A stretch of DNA of 64,000 bases from Amoebidium appalachense (Eukaryota > Protista > Ichthyosporea). The notes under the pieces are model-generated. The model saw only the letters and a program-made list of their open reading frames with translations, had not been told where the DNA came from and searched no databases. A program made the position numbers and the translations under genes. The stretch spans positions 7,669,408-7,733,407 of the forward strand of contig CAVNZM010000009.1 in assembly GCA_963693365.1 (NCBI GenBank), read 5' to 3'. The first letter of the stretch is position 1. The number at the start of each line of letters is the position of its first letter. Positions 1 through 16,682 of the stretch are shown here, piece by piece.

Positions 1-453
1 CACGTTTTCTCATTTTCCACGGTCCTTGGCCTACCCCCCCCCCCCCCCCCCCCCCCTCTCCCCCCTCCCTCCCCGGGTGGCCCGTCAAACCAACTTGGTT
101 ACCAATCAAGCATGCTGCGTTTTGTGTCCTGCTGCCCTTTTTTTTTTCCTTCTTTTCTTTCCTTTTTTTTTTTTTTCTCCCTATACCTATCAAGGTTGTG
201 TAGTGATTGTAGAATGTGGTGGTGGTGGTGGTTGTGGGGGGGGGGGGGGGGGGGACAAGGTGGTGTTTTTTTTGTTTTTGTTTTTTTTTTGGGGGGGGGG
301 GGGGGGGAGGAGGGGGGGGGGGGGGGGGGATGAGGGGGTGAGTAGGGGGAAGGAGCAAGATTTGCCAAGTAGTTGAAGGAGGGAAACGAAGGTGTTTGTG
401 TTTTTTCCCGGGGGGGGGGAGGGGGGGGGGGGGGGGGGGAGGGAGGGGGGAGG

Positions 454-529
<76 letters not shown>

Positions 530-627
530 GGGGGAGGGGGGGGGGGGGGGGGAAGGGGAGGGGGCAGGTTGCAAGTGTTAGATGAGGACATTTCTCTTTC
601 ATACATTTGTATCTCCATTGACACACT

Positions 628-664
<37 letters not shown>

Positions 665-978
665 AGGAAAAAAAAAAAAAAAAAAAAAAGGAAAGAAAGA
701 AAGAAAGAAAAGAAAAAGAAAAAAAAAATTCAAAGGAAGAGAAGGTAGTCTGCATGTTTCCCAAAGCCCCACATTCCCCTACTCCCCACCCGTGGCTAAC
801 CACCCCCCCCCCCCCCCCTCCACATACACACATACACACACATATATACACACATCCTCCCCCCCCCCCCCCCCCCCCACACACACACCACACCAATTAT
901 CCAACCTCCTAAACATGCACTCAAATTCAGATATGCGGGGCTCTATAGCGGCATTTTTGAGGGCTGCATGGACCACAG

Positions 979-4884
<3,906 letters not shown>

Positions 4885-5067
4885 CGCCGAGGTTGGCATT
4901 TTGCAATGTACATTACTATTTCAACATCGGTTCGCCATTTTAGCATCGGATCTATGTCACATTAATGTCAGAGAATATGATTGGCAACGTTTGGTGATAT
5001 GGAATATCTGGACAAACATCTATTACAGCCTCAGAATGCTGACTAAGGTGTACCTTAAAACAAAACG

Positions 5068-5099
<32 letters not shown>

Positions 5100-5574
5100 G
5101 CGTATCCACAACATGATGCATATCTTGCACGTTATATCTCCACGTATAATTTGAATGTTGTAACGTCGTTTTTCTACATGGTTATCTTGTTGGGTGCAAT
5201 TATTATAGAAATTTTGTGATCGCCATAGAAGAGAATCCTAGAGAATAGCATAGACGGTCCACTATGTGCATCACCAGGATTTCTTTACATGTTGGCCGGC
5301 AGTACCCTTCAAAGAGAAGGTCGTTCTACAGTTGCCAAAGTTATTTTTTAGATTCGGACGTTAATTTTAATTTCGGACCAGGAAATGCCAGTGTAGCCCG
5401 GCTAGTAGAGTTTATCTCACTTCTCGTAAACCGAATGGTCTCTCACAATGTGTATATGGGGAGTATTTCAACTATTTTAATTCGGAAACATGTGTACACT
5501 TATTCATGCACGAATGCTAGATGCTTCACGTAGGATACATGTGAGGTAGATGGGGTATGCGCAAATCTATAAAA

Positions 5575-5650
5575 AAAAACTATTATTTTTTTGCGCGCCA
5601 AAGTTTCCCGCCCAAATTCCATATATGGCTAATCGGTGCGAACGCGCGCA
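5575..5650 (+). mobile_element. Solo terminal fragment of a TIR element family
   Basis: ttgcgcgccaaagtttcccgcccaaattccatatatggctaatcggtgcg closely matches the reverse complement of 40340-40391. Confidence 0.55.
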
Positions 5651-6391
5651 AATTGTTGGTAAATGTGTGTGGGGTTGTTTTTTTGTTTTTGTTTTTTTTT
5701 GTTTTTTTTTTTAGATTGCGAGTACTATATTCCTACCTTTTTCCCCCCAAATCTGTAATACTTGATGCCGCAGTCTCTCAAACCCCACAGATTTTTCCTG
5801 GTTGTGAACCGGGCTTTTGAAAACAGTTTTGCTTGTACTTTAAACTGCGGCGTGAGGAATCGACCGAAGTAACTCTGTATATGTACATACGTATGTTGTA
5901 TTGCTTTTATTTTCAGTACATAAATACACAGCCAATTCATATGCGCAAGAGCACGGAATCATACGATTCAGTACTGGTTTAAGTGTGATCACGAACCATT
6001 ATGCATGACAAAACTCATATCTCAGTGCAGGTGCGCGCATGCGTACATGCGCTGAGAGTCGACGTGGTTCAGCGGTGCGTCACTGCAGTTTACAATGCCG
6101 TGGCCGACTCGCTATCTGCAGCCATGTATCATGATGGAAAGGCCCTTAGCATCCTAGCTAGAGTATGGTCGGTGCTGGGTGAAAGACGTTGGGTAGTTCC
6201 TTTTAGGGACTCTGAGGGAATTTCGAACCGTTGTGAAGCGATAAAAGAAAACAAAAATATCATGATGAAAGGGCAAGGTAACTTGTGAAGTTTTTTTGGG
6301 GGGCTGACATCCCTTCTAGAGCTGCCCCCCCCCCCCCCCTCCCCCTCAAACCCCCCCCCCCTCAACCCCCCCCCCCCTCCCCACCCCAACA

Positions 6392-6443
<52 letters not shown>

Positions 6444-6447
6444 CACA

Positions 6448-6480
<33 letters not shown>

Positions 6481-6512
6481 AGGGCCTAACCACATCGGCT
6501 GAACTTGGTCCG

Positions 6513-6868
6513 AGCAGAATTATTCTGCAAAAAGCATAATTTTCTGTAAAAAGCAGAATTATTCAGCAAAAGCAGAATTATTCTGCAAACGCAGAATCAA
6601 ACTGCTAAAAGCAGAATCATTCGGCTAAAAGCAGAAGCATCCCGCTAAAGGCAGAATTCTACTTAATAAAGCAGAATGATTATGCTGTCGAAAACAGAAT
6701 AATTCTGCTTTTTGCGCAATAATTTTGTTAAAAGCAGAATAAATTTGCTAAAAGCATAGTGATTCTATTTGGTGGATTATTTTCTGCTTTTTGCAGAATA
6801 GTTCTGCTTTTTGCAGAACAAATCTTGTTTTTACAGAATCATTTCGCTTTTGCAGAACAATTCTGCTA
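6513..6868. repeat. Degenerate ~20-bp palindromic minisatellite in foldback arrangement
   Basis: Unit is approximately AAAAA-GCAGAATTATTCTGC. Linkers are mostly A-tracts in the left part and T-tracts in the right part. Confidence 0.85.
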
Positions 6869-7751
6869 TTCGCAAGTTGACTCTGCCGACGTGGTTGGGT
6901 CCTGCCCCCACAAGGTGCTTCGGTCAGTCTTTCTATGTTCACAGTGTCTAAAGAGGCAGTTGGATTGGTGTTAGCTACATGCTCCTGCCGCACTGAGCAG
7001 CTGCGTGCTCCCCCCCCCCCCCTCCCCCTCCCCCTCCCCCCCCCTCCCCCCCCCCCCCCCCCCTTTCTCAACCAAATTTTAATCGCTTTGGCACACAGGC
7101 CACGCCAAAAGGCATCGTAATTGATAAACACATATATATTCCCACTACTGTATTGTTCTTGCAGGGGCCATGATCCCCTACCCCATATATCTGCACATTA
7201 ATCACTCCGGCTAAGGTATTCAAGAACGCATGCTCGCTCGTGGAAATGTGCAGCGGCTCCGCCCGTGACTCCCGAGGACTGAGGTAGCAGTTCCCTCGAC
7301 CTTCAACCACGTTTGCCCAAACTCATACCTCCCTCCAGCAACCGACCGTGCCGGGACCCGGGCGCAATTTAATTCCTACTTTTTGTGTTAGCATGTGTTT
7401 TATGCTATCAGAGTTGTGCCATTGATCCGGATCCTGATTATCATATCATAATCATATTCGAGCCGCCTAAGGCCAGTGAACTTCCACAACTACGCATACC
7501 AACTCCCTGACTCAAGTAATTAATAACAGCGTAGTAAACCCCCCACCCAACTACAATAATTGAATCACTGTCTTCTGTATTGTAAATATACCGCACACAG
7601 CTGGCGTGTTTTTGTGGTGCACGGTGTGCGGTGCCCTTAGACACCAGGGAGAGAAAAATGCTGCCCGAGTGAACTCGTGCATATCAGTGAACAGGGACAG
7701 CTGCTTTGGACATACTCCCTGCTCAGCGCAAGTTGGGGGCGGCTTTTTTTT

Positions 7752-7812
<61 letters not shown>

Positions 7813-8627
7813 CTGACACACTGTCACGCGGCACAGTCAGCACCAAGGAGGCGCGGGAGGAACAAGGCGTGATGAGCGACCTGGCAGTGCAGTGGTGAGG
7901 GGTCGGGTTCGAATCTGCCCGACTATCATTTCCCATCTACAAATCCTATTTGTGCATTCTAACGATTGGCAGAGGACGCATCGAATCTATTGAAAAATGC
8001 AAACAGATTGCGCACCCTAAACCCGTACACCCGTATGCCTATAGCTAGAAAATCTTTTCTTAATATAATGACTTTATTGATACGGTCGTCAAAAATGATG
8101 CAAGCGAGAAAATATCTTTTGTATATACATAATGATATATTGAGGTGCTCGTCAAAATGGATGCAAACGTGATATCACAGATATCTCAGTGGGAAGGTAT
8201 AATAAGGTGTTAGACGGCGGATAATAATGACTAATTGGAAATTTTAGAAATCACTACATTATATCTGAAGCGCTCTTCGTGCATAAAATAAAACACCGTC
8301 GTGGAATCTAATTAGCAATAGACAATTCTTTACATGATATTGTAAAAGATCGTTTTTTCCCCCTCCGTTTAAAAAAATAACTTGTAGATAATATTAGTGA
8401 GAGGGTCACTCTACTTGTAAGTCTTCTGAAGGTGTGCACAGTATGTACACTTTGTAAATGGGCGCAAATGCTCATCAAGCAGAAAGTGGTGGTCTTGGGT
8501 GAATTATACACTTCGCCCTTGAGATGACGGCGAGTAAAATTAACCTGAGGAGTGAGGAAAACACGAGCTCAGAGCAAGGCCTCCTATATACCAACTGAGG
8601 CCTTGGCTCAGAGGCTCTACCACGGCC

Positions 8628-8634
8628 TATAAAA
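8628..8634 (+). promoter_or_regulatory. TATA box of PAN-domain gene copy 1
   Basis: TATAAAA 87 bp upstream of ATG 8715; the duplicate has the same motif at 14046-14052. Confidence 0.6.
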
Positions 8635-8714
8635 GCAATCCTCAGTTGTCAGCCTTCACAAATACTATTCCACTCGTTGCCTTATCCCGCTCAGTAACGT
8701 GCATAACACGCACC

Positions 8715-9725
8715 ATGTCTCTCCGTGCCTATCTTACGCTTCTGGCCGGGGTTGCCGCTCTGCACACCAATACCGTGCGCGCCGAGGTCAACGAGTCTTC
8801 GCTGCCCGAGGGCTGGATAGTAGGTGCGGATTCGCTGTACGCAGTGGAGGGGGGCACAAGCACAGTGGTCAACCTGGGCCCTAACAAGGGCGCACTGCAG
8901 CCATGCATCGATGAATGTACTGCACAGCCAGACTGCCTTGCCTTCCAGCAAGTTCCAGCAGCAAAAGGCCATGGGGATAAGCCCGGAAGCGTGACGGGCT
9001 GCCGCCTATGGAGCAGCGTGGACGGACTCAAGGGAAAGGTCGCGAGCGCAGAGGAAAACACCCAGGGCCGGCCGTTTCTCGTTTTCTACGACCGTGCTAG
9101 AGGCCCCAACGGCCCGTGCAAAAACTACGTGTTAGGCATCGATGCCGAAGGGCAGTTTGGAATGACGTGCACGAAGGCCCCCGTTAAGGAACCCGTCACG
9201 GTACCCGAGGGATATGAAGTGGTCGTCAGTGATGCCTACCGCATCAGGGGAGGATCATTGAAAACTGTGAAGAACGGTGGAAAGGAGGTAACCGACGTGT
9301 GGTGTGCCGAGAAATGCACCAAGAATCGAAAGTGCCTTGGCTTACAGATGCGCCCCGCCACACGCAACCACTACTATGAGAAGGGGGCAAAGCCCGTGAA
9401 GGGCAAGCCAACCTCTTGCGCTCTGTATCTCAACTTTAAGAATGCAAGCTTTGAAAACGGCTACACGGAGGATATTGTTGGTGGGCATGACGTCCTTTTG
9501 AACACTGCGCGTGCAAAGGCCAGTTGCAAGGAGGGACAGTATTTTGGCTGGTATGCCGTTGATGGTTCTGTTACCTGGATCGGTTGCAAGCCCTTCGAGA
9601 AGGAGGGGGAGTCATGTGCGTTTTATGGCGAGTACAAGGATAAGGACCTGACAAACAACCAGAGTGGATGTGCACCGGGTCGTAAGTGTAGCTTGGAGGA
9701 TGGGGCTAAGTGCGTGAAGGCGTAG
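8715..9725 (+). CDS. Secreted protein (336 aa): signal peptide, two PAN/Apple-like domains, Cys-rich C-terminal module; intronless
   Basis: Repeat-free ORF starting caccATG. Hydrophobic N-terminus MSLRAYLTLLAGVAAL..VRA. PAN motifs CIDECTAQPDCLAF..GCRLW and CAEKCTKNRKCLGL..SCALY. Tail CKPFEKEGESC..GCAPGRKC..C. A close paralog lies at 14156. Confidence 0.88.
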   Translation: MSLRAYLTLLAGVAALHTNTVRAEVNESSLPEGWIVGADSLYAVEGGTSTVVNLGPNKGALQPCIDECTAQPDCLAFQQVPAAKGHGDKPGSVTGCRLWSSVDGLKGKVASAEENTQGRPFLVFYDRARGPNGPCKNYVLGIDAEGQFGMTCTKAPVKEPVTVPEGYEVVVSDAYRIRGGSLKTVKNGGKEVTDVWCAEKCTKNRKCLGLQMRPATRNHYYEKGAKPVKGKPTSCALYLNFKNASFENGYTEDIVGGHDVLLNTARAKASCKEGQYFGWYAVDGSVTWIGCKPFEKEGESCAFYGEYKDKDLTNNQSGCAPGRKCSLEDGAKCVKA

Positions 9726-10204
9726 TTTATAAGTTCTGTGTTGGTTTGCATATGGGTGCCGCTGGGCGTGTGTAGATGTAGTGTGGGTGCAGAATCAATG
9801 ACCTCACGAATAACTAAATAGAGTGCCGGGGTGCCAACTATGAGAAAGTTATTTTGCTAAATTGATTCAGGTGATATAGGCTGGCTGGCAGAAGTGAGAG
9901 AAGTAGTCTTTAGAGCCGCTGCTAAACAAAGGACAGTTATCTAGTTAAATTTACAAGGCCGCCTTGCAAATACAACCGAATGATGTTTAAACGTGATGGG
10001 CAAAAATATGAACGACCTTGACTCTTGTGCAGCCTCCTGACCCATGTGCATGTCGCGCGCAAACACTGAGCACATTCTCCCTTACACAAGAACTGCACGG
10101 CCACTCACACCTACCTATCCCTCCCTCCCTCCCCCTCCCCCCCCCCCCCCCCCCCCTCCCGGGGCCCCCCTCCCTGCTCCAGCTCCCCTTCCACAACCCC
10201 CCCC

Positions 10205-10235
<31 letters not shown>

Positions 10236-10939
10236 ACACCTGGCACACGCACAGACACCGGCCACCACCACCACCACCACCAACACAACAACAACAACAA
10301 CAACAACAACAACCAAAAAAAAAAAGAAAAAAAAAATTGGGCTTGACCAATCATTGCCACATCAAGTTGCCTCGAGACTGGATGGTTTAGCAGTTTGCGC
10401 CATGTCAATGGTCCTTGAATCGAGCGGTGGGCAAATGCTCCCCCTCCCCTGTATCCCCCTCCCCTCCCCCCCCCTCCCCGCGCGCTTCCCTGAATTTTGA
10501 AAAAATGGGTCTTTGTCTTGCTTGTGATACATCTTTTCTTTTATTCTTGGTCATCATGCTCAAGCCCTACCTTTCTGTCGACACAGTGTGGTAAAAGCAC
10601 CTAAGCGTGTCACGCATTTGTTTTGTAACCCGCACTCAACCCTCTCCACCTCAACCATACACACACACACGACAAGCACATGCACACACCGTTTCCCCAT
10701 TCATCCTCTTTACTCTTCTTCTGCTACTTACTCCATTCAAGGGCCGACGGTCCTCATGCAAGCGAATGTTTCGTCGTGGCCAAGTTTTACTAGAAAACAG
10801 TTATCTCTCCCAAACAAGCTGTGTTATCCCCTTATGTACACTGTCTAGTTAAAATCCACAAAAATTCTTCTTCTTTATTAATTACCCAAATAAACTACTC
10901 GGCAACTTCTACTAATAGTAATTAGTACACAGCTTGTTC

Positions 10940-11290
10940 TTTCATTGGCCGCCTCCCTCACCGAAACTCAACGCTATGATGATGTGGTATCTTCAACGGT
11001 TATCCATCTCCTTCCCCCCTCTCCCCCCCTACCCGACTCCCTCCAACCCGTCACTCTTCCTTTCCGCCCTCCTCCCCCCCCCCCCCCCCCCCCCCTCTCC
11101 CCCCCTCCACCCCCGGGAGGTATCGCAGCGAGGCTGCAGGGTTTGGCGGTGCCCCCCCCCCCCCCCCCTCCGCCCCCCGGCCCACGCCTTTCCAAAGGCT
11201 TGCAATGTGTTTTCTTTGTGTGCTTTGCAACATGTGCCAGTGGTGTGTTGTCCATCATTGATGGGCACCTCGTACTCTCGAGCTCATTCT
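10940..11290 (+). pseudogene. Degenerate duplicate of the 3' end of the kinase-RING gene
   Basis: SLAASLTETQRYDDV|gt matches SLATSLIETQRYVDT|gt (3578-3622) with the same donor position. Eroded RING-exon-like sequence follows (ggaggtatcgca vs cgaggaatcgcc), and ~11352-11382 resembles the 3' UTR. Confidence 0.65.
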
Positions 11291-11411
11291 ATCCTAAAAA
11301 AAAAAAAAAAAAGACGCATAAACACATTGACACACACGGCTTGGACTCATCATCGCCATGCAAGCACGGTTCTCGTTAATGTGATTTGCGCCATACACCT
11401 CCCCCCCCTCC

Positions 11412-11469
<58 letters not shown>

Positions 11470-11622
11470 ACACACTCCCACACACACGCACACACACACC
11501 ATCACCACCACCACTACCCTCCCCACTTAAAGAAAAAAAGGGTTAAAGTTATGCATATGTGACCCCCCCTCCCCCCCTCCTCCCCCTGGAAGCGCACACA
11601 CACCGTTTTCCCACCGAAACAA

Positions 11623-11663
<41 letters not shown>

Positions 11664-11932
11664 AAAAAAAAAAAAAAAGAAAGGAAGAAAGAAAGAAAGA
11701 AATTTAAAACAATTTTTTTGAAAAAGCGGAGGGGTGGGGGGTGGGGGGAGGGGGGGGGGGGGGGGGGGGGGGGAATGAAAGGAAGAGAGAGGAGGGAGAG
11801 CCGGACAGACGAAGGGCAAAAGTGGGCAAGAGGTTGTTGGGCGGTTTTCTTTTTGCACTGCTTGGTGGTGTTGTTTTTCAAGTATACCCATCTCTCTCCC
11901 TCTCTCCCTCTCCCCCCTCCCCCCCCCCCTCC

Positions 11933-11966
<34 letters not shown>

Positions 11967-12041
11967 TTCTTTCTTTCTTGGTTGGTGAGGTGGCTGTGGT
12001 GTTGGTGTTGGTGGGGTGGGGTGAGGTGGGGAGGGGGGGGG

Positions 12042-12073
<32 letters not shown>

Positions 12074-14155
12074 AGAAAGAGTTATGAGCAGTGCCGCGTG
12101 CAAAGAATCCCAGATGTCTTTTTATTAGAATAGAATGTCCTTCTGAATTTTGAGCTTCCAAACGGGGTTCGGGGCCGGGTTGGTGGTGGTTGGGGGGGGG
12201 GGGGGGGGGGGGGGAGGGAGAGAGGGGGGGGGGGGGGGGAGTTAAGGGGGGAAGAAGGGGGGGGGGGGGGGGGGGAGTGAACGGGGGAAGAAGGGCGGGG
12301 GGAGGGGAGGGGGGGGGGGAGAGTGCTGGATGATCAAGACTATGTATGCATGCATAGTGACGCACACACGAGCACGCACACGCCCTGCCGGACCCACCTC
12401 CCTCTCCCCCCTTCCCCCCCCACATATATGCATACACACAAGCGCGCACACACACAAGCACACAAGTACGTATATATACACTCAAATACACATACCCACA
12501 CAGTGGCACAGATATGCCACACACACACATGTGCACACACTATCAAACTGAGACACACCACGCACATGCACACACCACACACGGAGACATGCACACATGA
12601 CACACACATACGAACGCATACAAACATGTGCCACACGCACAGAAACCGCTACACAGGTACACAGAATTCACCAGTACACGCACGCTCTGCACACCAAAAA
12701 AGCTGCATATAAGCGAATTTCTGTACCGAAGCAGACGTTATTAAACACAGTCCCCCCCCCCCCCCCCGCGGAGACCAGGGGGTCATTGGGGGTTACAGCC
12801 CGCATGATAGGCCTACATGTGCTGCCCCTTTTTGCGCGTATAACGCCGCGTTCGTTGCAACGCTGTGTTGCAACCATAGAAACGTGTGTCGTGTGACCTC
12901 ATACATAGCTCACATTCCACCATAAGCTTGCAACGTGTGAATTCTCCGAGGAGTTTTCTTTGAACTCGAGTCGTCTCGAGCTCGTGTATGTATCATAGCG
13001 AGTAGCCTGCCAGTCGAAACTGTGCCACTTATAACACAACGGCAGCAACACTGCAGTGCACAAGTAGAAACACACATTTGTGCATTTTGTAACGATTGGC
13101 AGAGAGCGCATCGAAGAATGTGAAAAGATTGTACACCCTAAAAAAAACACTTTTCCATGGCTCATACTAATCTGAAAAAAATTACAAAATTACAAAAAAT
13201 GATATTGTAACAATAAATAGCAAGGTTTCAAACATAACAGTTGAATATGGGATTGATATGTAATGTATTTTATTTCATCAAAAACACAGCTAATTTGAGA
13301 ACTAATTTCAAAAATCGTAAATGTTGTTGTTAAAGATTTCCAATTCCCGACTGAATAGATTAAGTCAAAAATGCAGGGGGGCTGCAATGTTGATTCATTG
13401 CGCGCTGGTCAGCCGGGCCCGTATGTGAGACTATTCAACAAAAAACCTAAAGCGCTGGCGTTAGCTATTATTCATACCATTTTAGCAGGCACTTGTAAAT
13501 GGAGGGGAAAACATAGACACAGAAACTCGCATCTATCTCCATCTTTTCAATCAAAAGCATTAGCACGCCAAAAGGAGGGTTGTGTGACCGTTGCAGGACA
13601 GCTTTGCAGGACCTTACATTGTCATCTCGTTGTGATCTAGGGTGATTTATACACTTTTTCTGTGAGCAGTGACACGGCCCTCTGAAAAAAAGACAGAGGG
13701 CCGTGGCAGTGAGCACTGCCAGTCAATAGTCTCCAAGGATATGTACCCACTGGCTTATGTAAGTGGCCGGGCACTACTACTGCGGCAACAAAAAAAAAAA
13801 AAAAAAAAAAAAAAAAGAGACCGCAGGGAAGACAGCACTCAGAGTGACTAAGATGTCAAACGTATATGTGACGTACCAACTCTACAGACACACACACACA
13901 CACACCAACTTGGCCACCTACTCCGAGTGTGGAGGCCTTGGTTCATGTACACACGGTCTTACCATGGCCTCCTTGTATACCAATATCACTCGGTCTTACA
14001 CAGTCTTACACATGGTTCAAAGACGCGTATCACAGAAACACAACCTATAAAACCCACCCCTTTTCTTTCGCAAACCTCAGTCTTCTCACCGCCTTTCAGA
14101 GTTCTGGGTTCTGTAAAAACACAAAACGTATCTACGCATATACAACACACTCACC

Positions 14156-15153
14156 GTGCCTCTCCCTGTGTACTTTCTGGCCGCTCTTGCCACGCTACAC
14201 GTACACACCGTGCACGCCGAGATTCAAGATTCATCGCTGCCCAAAGGGTGGACAGTGGCTGCACAGTCTCTTTACGCGGTGGAGGGGGGCTCAAGTACCG
14301 TAGTCAACCTGGGCCCCAACAAGGGCGCACTACAGCCATGCATCGATGAATGCACTGCACAGGAAGACTGTCTTGCCTTCCAGCAGGTCCCGGCAGCAAA
14401 AGGCCCCGGAGATAAGCCCGGGAGCGTCACGGGTTGCCGCCTATGGAGCAGCCTGAAAGGAGTCAAGGCTAAGGATGCAAGCGGCGAGAAGTACAACCAT
14501 GGCCGGCCGTTCCTCGTTTTCTACGTACGTACCATCGGCCCCAAAGGCCCGTGCGAAATCTTCGAGTCAGGCACCGCGAATGGGGAGTTCGACATTACGT
14601 GCGAGAGGGCCCCCGTTAAGGAAACCGTGCCCAAGGGCTATGAAGTCGTCGTGAGTGATTCCTACCGCATCAGGGGGGGCTCGTCGAAAACCGTGAAGAA
14701 TGGTGGAAAGGAGGTAACCAACAAGTTGTGTGCCAAAGCATGCACCAAAAATCCAATGTGCCTTGGCTTCCAGATGCGCCCAGCAACACGCAACAGCTAT
14801 TTTGAGGAAGGGGCAAAGCCTGTTAAGGGAAAGCCTATCTCATGCGCTCTGTATCTCAAATTTAAGAGCACAAGCTTTGAGAACGGCTACACGGATGATG
14901 TTGTTGGTGGGCGTGATGTTATTTTGAACAGTGCGCGTGCAAAGGCCAGTTGAAAGGAAGGACAGTATTTTGGCTTGTATGCGGTTGATGGTTCTGTTTC
15001 CTGGATTGGTTGCAAGCCCTTCAAGAAGGAGGGGGAGTCACATGTGCGTCCAACGGCGAGTACGAGGATAGGGACCTGACAAACAACCAGAGTGGATGTG
15101 CACCGGGTCGTAAGTGCAGCTTGAAAGATGGGGCTAAGTGCATGAAGGCGTAG
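14156..15153 (+). pseudogene. Pseudogenised paralog of the PAN-domain gene
   Basis: Colinear with 8715-9725. ATG changed to GTG (caccgtg), TGC changed to TGA at 14951-14953, and a 2-nt CA insertion near 15040. The ancestral stop TAG is at 15151-15153. Confidence 0.85.
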
Positions 15154-15537
15154 CTTGGGTGCACTCAGCATGTGTAAGGTATAGCGTGGGTACAATTTCG
15201 GAGACCTCACGGGTAACTAGAGAGAGTGCTGGGATGCAAACTGTTTAAAAGCTGTTTTGGTAACGAAAACTGGTTCAAGTTACAGAAGCTGGCAGAAGTA
15301 CTGTAAGGCAAATAGTCTTGAGAGCCGATACTAAACAAAGAACATTTATCTAGATAAATCTACACACGGTCGTCTTGCAAATAAAACTGAATGATGAATG
15401 TGCTGGGCAAATACATGGTCGACCTTGCCTCTTGTGCAGCCTTCTGATCCGTGTGCTGCATGATGTGCACGTCAAGCAGAAACAGCAAACAGCACATCCT
15501 TCCTCAAACAGAACAACTCCACCCACTCACACCCCAC

Positions 15538-15632
<95 letters not shown>

Positions 15633-16507
15633 TCTGCCCCCTCCTCTCTACCCCCGCCCACCACCACCACAAAAAAGCAAATAAGTGAACGTTGGATATG
15701 AACTATCGTTGCCACATCTGGTCTCAAGATCGGGTGGTGTAGTGATTTTTGCCATCTAATTAGTCTGAGATCGAGCTGTGGGCAATTGCAGAACCCCCTG
15801 CTCCATCCCCCCCCTCCCCCCCTCCCCCCCCCCCCCCCCCCCCTTCTCTCCCCGCACCTCCCGGCTGGGCAGAACGGGATCTGCTTGTGTTGCATCTTGG
15901 CGTTTATTCTTGGTCATGTTGATGCCCTCCCTCCTGTCGACCTGTGGTAAAAGCACGTAGCATGTATGTGTTTGTTTCGTAACCCGCATGCAAACCCCTC
16001 CATCTCAACCATACACACACACACGACAAAAGCACAGGCAAACACCGTTCCTCCTTTTCGCTCTTCTTCTGCCATTCCGTTCAAAGGCCAACCGTCATTC
16101 GAAAGGGTGTTTCGTTCTGGCCCAGGTTTACTAAAGAACTTTCAGCTCTCCCAAGCAGACTTTTCCCCTCTTGTATTTTCTGGATGCGGTCCATAAAATT
16201 TCTAGATGCCCAGATAAGCTGCCACACAGCCTTTCCTTTTACACAGCTTGCTCTTGCTGTTGAAAGGTGTGTAAGTCGGATACTCGCAAAACGAATCACT
16301 GTCTGAGCGAATCTCGAGTCGGATATGCCATTCCTTCTTGGCATATCCCGACATGCGGAACAAACTAAGCATGATCATGGGCAGTTATAGTTTTCGTTCA
16401 TTATCCCTGTCGCCGTCTAAGCTGCTCACTGACAGGGCAGAAGCATTAAGCGTTTTGTTTTACAAGGAGAAGAGCGAGCGTTATTATTTGTGTCGAACAT
16501 AATTACT

Positions 16508-16682
16508 GTGTAACACCAATAGTCACAATCTGTTGTATTCACACCCAAGAATTCGGTTGGGGAAAAAGGCCACTGTTGCTATATCCAAACAAGGAATGGC
16601 CTTCTGAATTCTTCAACATGGTATAACACCCATAGTCACTTGTGATGTTGGCTCAAGAATTCAGCTGGGGGAAAAGACCAAT
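16508..16682. repeat. Diverged ~110-bp tandem duplication
   Basis: taacacc-atagtcac...caagaattc-g-tgggg-aaa-g-cca occurs twice. Confidence 0.65.

Noticed and set aside
6513-6868. CRISPR-like palindromic repeats
   Set aside because: No unique spacers, no cas genes, eukaryotic context.
7140-7370. GC-rich unique stretch resembling an exon or structured RNA
   Set aside because: Stops in the frames I checked and no recognisable RNA family motif.
8646-8714. N-terminal extension of the PAN ORF from TTG 8646 (likewise GTG 35761 for the RING gene)
   Set aside because: Non-ATG ORF-finder starts; the signal peptides begin at ATG 8715 and 35869.
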